Of a DNA stretch of 12,445 nucleotides, positions 1 to 6,166 are shown in pieces. The position numbers were made by a program, and so were the translations under genes. The notes below the pieces were generated by a model. That model had not been told where the DNA came from. It saw only the letters and a program-made list of their open reading frames with translations, and ran no database searches. Source of the stretch: an uncultured Pseudomonadota bacterium (GTDB taxonomy: Bacteria; BMS3Abin14); NCBI GenBank assembly GCA_964454175.1, contig CAYVSA010000004.1:46736-59180 (forward strand), given 5' to 3'. Numbering within the stretch: the stretch's first letter is position 1; every line of letters begins with the position of its first letter.

Positions 1-11
1 TATTCAAGCAT
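1..11 (-). CDS. Possible 5' start of recN (M-L-E..., runs off the window edge)
   Basis: Minus strand reads gggataattg-ATG CTT GAA TA, a weak SD plus MLE. recN commonly follows tlyA-nadK and starts ML... Only 3 full codons are visible, so this is a synteny inference. Confidence 0.3.
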
Positions 12-44
12 CAATTATCCCATTCGATAAGTCGAACTATTTTA

Positions 45-74
45 GCGTTGGACGTTGGACATTGGGCGTTGGAC
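45..74 (+). repeat. Heptamer tandem repeat RCRTTGG x4
   Basis: gcgttgg|acgttgg|acattgg|gcgttgg|ac, lying just past the nadK stop codon. Confidence 0.85.
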
Positions 75-85
75 ACGCTCTCCCT

Positions 86-943
86 TTATCTATGCCCCCA
101 GTGGAGCTTCTTCCGTAAAACGTCAAAAAAACTTCTCTGGCCGGTCCTTATCAGCTTGACCTTACGCTCACAGGCCTGGGCGCTGATCCTGTCCCCAGCC
201 TCCAGGGTAAGCCCCTCCTGGCCATCCAGGGTCAGGTAAACCTTGCCTGAGTCACTCATGAGGGAGACGTCGACCTGTGAGTTACCCGAGACCACAAGAG
301 GCCTGTTCGTCAGCGTGTGAGGGCAGATCGGGGATATAATAATTATGTCCAGGTTTGGCTCTACAATGGGCCCTCCTGCGGCCAGAGAATAGGCCGTTGA
401 CCCCGTCGGTGTGCTGATAATAAGACCATCCGCCTTGAAAGTCGTTACCTTTTTCCCATCCACCTCTGTCTCAACATCAATGATCCTGGCCAGTGCGCCC
501 TTGTTTATTACAACGTCATTAAGAACCATGAATCGGGCCGCAAGTTCACCGTCTCGGAGAAGAGAGACCTTTAAGCGCATCCTCTCCTCGATATGGTATT
601 CTCCTTCTAAAACCCGTTCCAGGTCTGTGACGACATCTTCCAGGCTGATTTCTGTGAGGAACCCCATTGAACCGAGATTAATTCCCAGAATGGGCAGATC
701 CGTTTCTTCAAGCAGACGGGCAGCAGCCAGTATCGTGCCATCGCCACCCAGGACCATCACCATGTCGGCGCCATCGGGGATGGATTCCATGGAAACCACA
801 CGGGCGGACCCACCCTCAAGGGATGCGTACTCATCCTGGATATTTACCGCGATCCCCCTCCCAGTCAGCCATGGTACAAGGTCCCCCATTACCTCATGAG
901 CATGCGGGCTCGTGGTCTTTGCTATGATGCCGATCGTGTTCAT
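86..943 (-). CDS. nadK: NAD(+) kinase
   Basis: 285 aa with GGDGT, LNDVVI, DGLIISTPTGSTAYSLAAGGP and DGQ motifs and C-terminal LRKKLHWG. AAGGA SD before the ATG. Confidence 0.97.
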   Translation of the reverse strand: MNTIGIIAKTTSPHAHEVMGDLVPWLTGRGIAVNIQDEYASLEGGSARVVSMESIPDGADMVMVLGGDGTILAAARLLEETDLPILGINLGSMGFLTEISLEDVVTDLERVLEGEYHIEERMRLKVSLLRDGELAARFMVLNDVVINKGALARIIDVETEVDGKKVTTFKADGLIISTPTGSTAYSLAAGGPIVEPNLDIIIISPICPHTLTNRPLVVSGNSQVDVSLMSDSGKVYLTLDGQEGLTLEAGDRISAQACERKVKLIRTGQRSFFDVLRKKLHWGHR

Positions 944-1044
944 TTTCCTTGTCCGTCCCCTCGAGGTCCGGCACCCCGGACCCGGTTAACGGCAATGACC
1001 CCTTGCGGCCGGGCCCCTGCCGGCAGAAATTATCCTCAGATGCG

Positions 1045-1779
1045 TCAGTTAAGCACAAGGTGGGCGAAGAACTCAACATTTCCATCCGCCCCCCGGACTG
1101 GACACTCCTGTGTATCCCTGACAGCGTAACCCTCCTCCTGCGCAGACCGCAGCACTTTCTGAACTGCTGCCAGCCTCACCCTCTCGTCCCTCACAATGCC
1201 CCCCTTACCCACACCTTCTTTCCCCGCCTCGAACTGCGGTTTTACCAGGGCTACTGCCTCTCCGCCCACAGCGAGAAATTTTTTGAGTCTGGGAAGAATG
1301 AGTGACAGTGATATGAAAGATACATCAACCACGGCCAGTTCAAACCGCTCACTAAAAAAATCATCCGGTATCAGCCTGAAATTTGTCCTTTCAACGACAA
1401 CAACGCGCGGGTCCTGACGTATCCTCCATGCAAGCTGCCCGTACCCAACGTCAACAGCGTAAACCTTTGCGGCCCCCCTCTGGAGCAGGCAGTCTGTAAA
1501 ACCACCAGTGGAAGCTCCTACATCAACACAAACTCTGCCAGCCGGGTCCACCCCGAAGATGTCCAGGGCCGCCTCCAGCTTCAGACCTCCCCGCCCCACA
1601 TACTTCGGCTGTGACTTCACTTTCAGGGGAGCGTCGGCCTGAAGCCGTGTACCCGCTTTCTCGATCTTTTTGTCACCGGAGTAGACCTGCCCCGCTAGGA
1701 TCAGCGCCTGTGCTTTGTGCCTGCTGTTTACAAGGCCCCTGGATACCAGCAGGATGTCTGCCCTCTCACCTGCGGCCAT
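1045..1779 (-). CDS. tlyA: TlyA family rRNA (cytidine-2'-O)-methyltransferase
   Basis: N-terminal S4-like domain, YVGRGGLKL, DVGASTGGFTD, DVSFISL and KPQFE motifs. Overlaps the dxs 3' end by 14 nt, in the usual dxs-tlyA-nadK order. Confidence 0.95.
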   Translation of the reverse strand: MAAGERADILLVSRGLVNSRHKAQALILAGQVYSGDKKIEKAGTRLQADAPLKVKSQPKYVGRGGLKLEAALDIFGVDPAGRVCVDVGASTGGFTDCLLQRGAAKVYAVDVGYGQLAWRIRQDPRVVVVERTNFRLIPDDFFSERFELAVVDVSFISLSLILPRLKKFLAVGGEAVALVKPQFEAGKEGVGKGGIVRDERVRLAAVQKVLRSAQEEGYAVRDTQECPVRGADGNVEFFAHLVLN

Positions 1780-3664
1780 CTTTTAAGGCCTCTCGCACTG
1801 ACCTGGATATCCCCTCGGCGTCGAGACCCAGGGCTTCCCTGAGCTCGGCAGGAGAAGCGTGCCCTACAAAATTGTCCTGTATCCCAATCCTAACGACCCG
1901 GACGGAGTCCTTTTCTCCCGACAAAGCCTCCAGGACTGCCGAACCGAATCCCCCCAGCAGGCTATTCTCCTCAACAGTCATTACGATCCCGCACCTGGCG
2001 CCGACATCTCCAATCAATTCCCTGTCCAGAGGTTTTACGAACCTGGCGTCAACAACGGCGACATCCAATCCTTCCTTGGAAAGTGACTCTGCAGCCACCA
2101 AAGACGGATGCACGGTATTTCCAGCTGCGACAATAGCGATATCATTGCCATCTCTGAGCAGCTTTCCCCTGCCGAACTCCCAGGGTGAAGACTGGTCCAT
2201 TTCCACACCCTCCCCCGGGCCCCTGGGGTACCTGAAAGCGGCCGGACCATCACATGCCAGGGCTGAGACCAATGCATTCCTGAGACCGTTTTCGTCTCCC
2301 GGAGCCATCAGGACCATATTGGGAACATGGCGTAAGAATGAGAGGTCAAATACACCGTGGTGTGTCGGCCCATCCTCTCCGACGAGGCCGCCGCGGTCCA
2401 TTGCAAATATCACCGGAAGGTTCTGCAGACACACATCGTGAACGATCTGATCGTATGCCCTCTGCAGAAAAGTACTGTACACGGCTACAACAGGTCTGAG
2501 CCCCTGCACTGCCAGGCCGGCCGCAAAAGTCACAGCGTGCTGTTCGGCTATCCCCACATCGTAAAACCTGTTGGGGAATTCCCTGGCGAACTTGTCCAGT
2601 CCTGTCCCTTCAGGCATCGCAGCTGTAATTCCGATTATCCGCTCATCCGCCCTGGCCGCTTCGATCAGCGCTTCTGAAAAAATACTGGTGTAGGAGGGCG
2701 GCCCGGCCTGTCTGCGGGGGCTGCCGGTCTCGAGATCAAAGGGACCGACCCCGTGAAAAATGGATGGGTTCTTTTCAGCTGGTCCGTAGCCATACCCTTT
2801 TGTTGTTCCCACGTGGACCAGCACGGGACCGTTCATGCGCCTGGCATTGGTGAAGGCATCTATGAGCCTGTCCATCCTGTGTCCCCTGATCGGACCGATG
2901 TACTCGAAGCCCAACTCTTCGAAGAACATGCCAGGATACACAAGTGTTTTAAAGGATTCCTCGACCCTCTTCATGACTTTGTGCATCGATGGCCCAATAG
3001 CAGGTATGCTTTTCATAATATTTTCGGATTCGTGTTTTATCTTCTGTACTGTCTGACCGGTCAGGGTCCTGGAAAGATAAGATGAGATGGCCCCCACATT
3101 CGGCGATATAGACATTTCGTTATCGTTTAAAATGACCACCAGCCGCTTTCCCCTCTCGCCGGCCTGGTTCAGGCCCTCCAGCGCCAGGCCAGCTGTCATG
3201 CTGCCATCGCCTATCACCGGAACAACTTTTCCCTCCGCACCCAGGTGTTCCATGCCCTCGGCTATGCCGAGAGCAGCTGACAGGGAAGTACCGCTGTGCC
3301 CGACGTCGAAGTGGTCATATTCACTTTCGTTTCGCTTTGGGAAACCGCTTATGCCGTCCTTCGTCCTCAGGGTGTGGAACCTGTCCCTGCGCCCGGTCAA
3401 CAGCTTGTGTGTGTAGGCCTGATGCCCGACGTCCCAGACTATCCTGTCTACGGGTGCGCGGAAGACGTAGTGAAGCGCGATAGTGAGCTCCACTGCACCC
3501 AGATTGGAGGCAAGGTGACCCCCATTCCTGGACACGACGTCCAGTATCACCGCCCTGACCTCCGAGGCCAGATTTGAGAGCTGATCAACACCCAACTCCC
3601 ACAGGTCTGCCGGGCTCTGGATCGTTGAGAGGACGGATGTTTCTTTTCCCTTGTTTGTGCTCAA
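1766..3664 (-). CDS. dxs: 1-deoxy-D-xylulose-5-phosphate synthase
   Basis: GGHLASNLG, WDVGHQAY, TPP-binding GDG...LNDN, GIAEQHAV, YSTFLQRAYDQ and DGPTHHG. TTG start with AGGAG upstream; the exact start is somewhat uncertain. Confidence 0.97.
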   Translation of the reverse strand: MSTNKGKETSVLSTIQSPADLWELGVDQLSNLASEVRAVILDVVSRNGGHLASNLGAVELTIALHYVFRAPVDRIVWDVGHQAYTHKLLTGRRDRFHTLRTKDGISGFPKRNESEYDHFDVGHSGTSLSAALGIAEGMEHLGAEGKVVPVIGDGSMTAGLALEGLNQAGERGKRLVVILNDNEMSISPNVGAISSYLSRTLTGQTVQKIKHESENIMKSIPAIGPSMHKVMKRVEESFKTLVYPGMFFEELGFEYIGPIRGHRMDRLIDAFTNARRMNGPVLVHVGTTKGYGYGPAEKNPSIFHGVGPFDLETGSPRRQAGPPSYTSIFSEALIEAARADERIIGITAAMPEGTGLDKFAREFPNRFYDVGIAEQHAVTFAAGLAVQGLRPVVAVYSTFLQRAYDQIVHDVCLQNLPVIFAMDRGGLVGEDGPTHHGVFDLSFLRHVPNMVLMAPGDENGLRNALVSALACDGPAAFRYPRGPGEGVEMDQSSPWEFGRGKLLRDGNDIAIVAAGNTVHPSLVAAESLSKEGLDVAVVDARFVKPLDRELIGDVGARCGIVMTVEENSLLGGFGSAVLEALSGEKDSVRVVRIGIQDNFVGHASPAELREALGLDAEGISRSVREALKDGRR

Positions 3665-3668
3665 ACCG

Positions 3669-4550
3669 CTAAAGTCTCCTGGAAAGGACGTAATCAGCTA
3701 TACCCGTAAGTATTTCCGCGTCCTTAAGATCTGTTACCGCCGATTTGGCATCCCCGATGAGGTCGCGAGCCCGTTTTCTGGATTCGTCAAGCCCGAAGAG
3801 GGCAGGATAAGTAAGTTTCCCCCGGGCAGCGTCCGACCCCTTATCTTTGCCCAGTTCCTGAGTGGTGGAGGTGATATCCAGTATGTCGTCTACCACCTGA
3901 AAGGCAAGCCCGATCTTTTCACCGTAAGCACGCAGCTGTTCGAGCACTTCCTCACTGGCACCCGAAGACAATCCCCCCAGAACCGCGCAGCACCTGATCA
4001 TGGCACCGGTCTTGTGCGTGTGGATGTATTCCAGTGTAGGAAGGTCGGGATCCTTCCCTTCGCTCTGGATGTCTTCCTGCTGTCCCCCGACCATACCCTT
4101 CCAGCCGGCCGCATGAGCCAGCTCGGCCACCATGCGTGCTCGTATGCCGCCATCCAGAGGGCTTCCGTGATCCGGATCCGAGATCACCTCGAAAGCCAGG
4201 GTCAGGAGAGCATCTCCTGCAAGGATAGCCGTAGCATCACCGAACTTCCGGTGGCAGGTTGGTACACCCCTTCGGAAATCGTCGTCGTCCATCGCGGGCA
4301 GGTCATCGTGTATGAGTGAATAAGTATGAACCAGTTCTACGGCACACGCAGCTGGAAGAGCCTGGCGTTTGTCACCACCTGCTATCTGGGCTCCAGCGAG
4401 AACCAGTACAGGGCGAAGCCTCTTTCCGCCGGCGAACAGGCTGTAGCGCATGGCTGCTACCAGTTGTGCTGGCCTCGACCCTTCGGGCGGCATCAGCTCC
4501 TGAAGAGCTGAATCAACCATCTGTCTGCCCCTGTCCAGGTAGTCCTTCAT
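3669..4550 (-). CDS. ispA: Geranyltranstransferase / farnesyl diphosphate synthase
   Basis: GGKRLRP, first Asp-rich motif IHDDLPAMDDDDFRRG, second motif FQVVDDILD, KTG and KLTYP. ATGA overlap with xseB. Confidence 0.95.
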   Translation of the reverse strand: MKDYLDRGRQMVDSALQELMPPEGSRPAQLVAAMRYSLFAGGKRLRPVLVLAGAQIAGGDKRQALPAACAVELVHTYSLIHDDLPAMDDDDFRRGVPTCHRKFGDATAILAGDALLTLAFEVISDPDHGSPLDGGIRARMVAELAHAAGWKGMVGGQQEDIQSEGKDPDLPTLEYIHTHKTGAMIRCCAVLGGLSSGASEEVLEQLRAYGEKIGLAFQVVDDILDITSTTQELGKDKGSDAARGKLTYPALFGLDESRKRARDLIGDAKSAVTDLKDAEILTGIADYVLSRRL

Positions 4551-4798
4551 CCCTGGCCGGGTTCCTCATCAAGGGGCCGGGTCGTCACGCCGCCGGAACT
4601 GTCTTCGGTGAGAACCTCCACCTGTCTTTCTGCTTCGTCCAGCATGTCTGCCAGTTCCTTGAGGTAATTTGTGCCTTTCTGGAAAAGTGACAGTGAATCT
4701 TCAAGGGATGTCTCGCCTTCTTCGAGGCGCGCCACGATCTTCTCCAGATCCGCCAGTTTCCTTTCGAACTTCTGCCCTTTTTTGCCTGGTTTAGCCAA
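4547..4798 (-). CDS. xseB: Exodeoxyribonuclease VII small subunit
   Basis: 83 aa with FE..L..LE.IV..LE.G..SLEDSL..FQKG...L..AE..V pattern. TTG start after GGGAGG SD, directly upstream of ispA. Confidence 0.93.
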   Translation of the reverse strand: MAKPGKKGQKFERKLADLEKIVARLEEGETSLEDSLSLFQKGTNYLKELADMLDEAERQVEVLTEDSSGGVTTRPLDEEPGQG

Positions 4799-4842
4799 CG
4801 GAACCTCCCTTTAAAACAGTTGCAGAATCCGCACAAGCTCAA

Positions 4843-4851
4843 ACAATACCA
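4843..4851 (-). promoter_or_regulatory. Candidate extended -10 promoter for the xseB operon
   Basis: TG-G-TATTGT on the minus strand about 45 nt upstream of the xseB start. The -35 (TTCTCG) is poor. Confidence 0.3.
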
Positions 4852-5084
4852 TGAAACCGCGATAACGAGAACTCAACAAATAAATTATCATCAACGGAAG
4901 GATATAGTACTGCCTAACGCCTCCCATGTGAGGTTTTTCCACCTGAATTACGGGGATGATACGGAGGATCACAGCGTTGCTGAATGATAACTCTTGAATT
5001 TCATTAGATTTTTTACGCTAGTATTGTATCATGGCCATGAGGCACTATTGGGCAGACACTTCAAGAAGCAGGAGAGAAGACACT

Positions 5085-5696
5085 ATGCCTGAACTATTCT
5101 ACTTTCTGATATTTCCAGCAGTCGGCGCCCTTGTCGGATGGGTGACTAACAGGATAGCCATAAAGATGCTGTTCAGACCCAGAAAACAGGTGAACTTCCT
5201 CGGCCTGAAGATCCAGGGAGTAATACCTCGAAGGCATCACGAACTGGCCGTACGAATAGCTGAGACCGTACACGACCGGCTTCTGACATCCGATGACCTG
5301 AAGGAGGCGATGAGCGATGTTGACTGGGAAGATGAGGTCCGTGGGACCCTGAACAGTATCCTCAACCTGAAGGGCCCCGGCAGCCTGATAGGAAAGATCC
5401 CTGGAATTGGGCAGGCATGGGACGCCCTCTTGCTGCCCCAGATACTTGACACCCTCACAAAAGAGGTCAACAAGCTTATCGCACGCTACAGGAATGTGTT
5501 CATCGGGAAGGTAACAGAGTCGGTAAATATCAGGGAACTGGTTGCCCAGCGAGTAGAGCAGTTCGAACTGGAGGCGCTGGAAGACCTGGTCATGAACCTG
5601 GCCAGGAAGGAATTTACTCACATTGAGATAGTCGGGGCCGTCACTGGAACCGTGATCGGAGTGGTTCAGGGTCTGGTAATGATCCTGATCGGATAG
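5085..5696 (+). CDS. DUF445 (UPF0754/YheB-like) membrane protein, 203 aa
   Basis: N-terminal VGALVGWVTNRIAIKMLFRP and C-terminal LEDLV...ARKEFTHIEIVGAVTGTVIGVVQ, recalled as typical of DUF445. Start set at ATG 5085 because AGGAG lies at 5070-5074. Confidence 0.85.
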   Translation: MPELFYFLIFPAVGALVGWVTNRIAIKMLFRPRKQVNFLGLKIQGVIPRRHHELAVRIAETVHDRLLTSDDLKEAMSDVDWEDEVRGTLNSILNLKGPGSLIGKIPGIGQAWDALLLPQILDTLTKEVNKLIARYRNVFIGKVTESVNIRELVAQRVEQFELEALEDLVMNLARKEFTHIEIVGAVTGTVIGVVQGLVMILIG

Positions 5697-5837
5697 TACT
5701 TCACCCCCACCTATCCTCCCTTGTCAGCCTTTATCCGGGCATTTTACAAACTCATGACCCGGGGAAATATATCCAGGATCCCTGCATGATGATTATTGGA
5801 TACGACCAATCAGTTCTTTAGCTAACATTTCGACACC

Positions 5838-5866
5838 TTGACATAAAGCCTGACAGCACCTATCCT
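5838..5866 (+). promoter_or_regulatory. Sigma-70 promoter of the T-box-ileS operon
   Basis: TTGACA (5838-5843), 17 nt spacer, TATCCT (5861-5866). Predicted start near 5873, about 20 nt before T-box Stem I. Confidence 0.8.
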
Positions 5867-5890
5867 TGCGGCTCGATCATGTCCAGACCA

Positions 5891-6127
5891 AAGGCTGTGA
5901 TGGGGGCAGTACCTGCCGTCAAGGTACCAGCGACCCGGGGAGGGTGTGAGCCCGGGACTGAGGACGGCGCGGGAAGATCACCCCGGAGCCGCTGCGCCGA
6001 ACATTCGGGAGGCGCAGACGGGATACGCCCGTTACAGCGTCAGAGTGGTCCGGCCCCCTGCGGCCGGGCAACCGGGGTGGTACCGCGGGCCAGAACTCCC
6101 GTCCCCATGGGACTGGGAGTTTTTTTA
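5891..6127 (+). ncRNA. T-box riboswitch, isoleucine specifier, transcription-attenuation type
   Basis: Stem I 5893-5990: GGCT/AGCC base, GA kink-turn, AGTA 5908-5911 opposite GAA 5973-5975, AGCGA bulge 5929-5933, CCCGGG-closed GGTGTGA loop, specifier ATC at 5977-5979. Stem II CTGCGCC/GGCGCAG. Stem IIA/B ACGGG/CCCGT with CCGTTA and ACGC/GCGT pseudoknot. Stem III CCGGCC/GGCCGG. T-box GGGGTGGTACCGCGGG at 6074-6089 pairs with CCCGTCCCC at 6098-6106. Confidence 0.96.
6094..6126 (+). terminator. T-box intrinsic terminator (alternative to the antiterminator)
   Basis: AACTCCCGTCCC-cat-GGGACtGGGAGTT followed by a T-tract. It shares 6098-6106 with the antiterminator. Confidence 0.92.
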
Positions 6128-6166
6128 TTTCTTTTCAACGACACATGCTCTTATCAGGGACTTGAA

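Noticed and set aside
45-74. Tandem repeats considered as a CRISPR array
   Set aside because: The units are 7 bp with no spacers, and there are no cas genes in the window.
1030-1047. tlyA TGA stop followed by hairpins, considered as selenocysteine readthrough
   Set aside because: In-frame TGA and TAA follow within four codons, and TlyA is already complete.
1611-2441. 276-aa plus-strand ORF, and similar ones at 411-899 and 3651-4319
   Set aside because: Antisense shadows of dxs/tlyA, nadK and ispA with no recognisable motifs.
4916-4978. Possible long imperfect hairpin or sRNA in the xseB-DUF445 spacer
   Set aside because: Only 4-5 bp helices with large gaps, and no 6S, SRP or riboswitch hallmarks.
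5031-5084. Upstream ATG starts for the DUF445 gene
   Set aside because: The SD supports ATG 5085, where the family-like sequence begins.
5735-5810. Imperfect hairpins CCGGGCAT/ATGACCCGG, TATCCA/TGGATA and ATTGG/CCAAT after the DUF445 gene
   Set aside because: Short stems, no clear U-tract and no recognisable RNA motif, so not distinguishable from chance.
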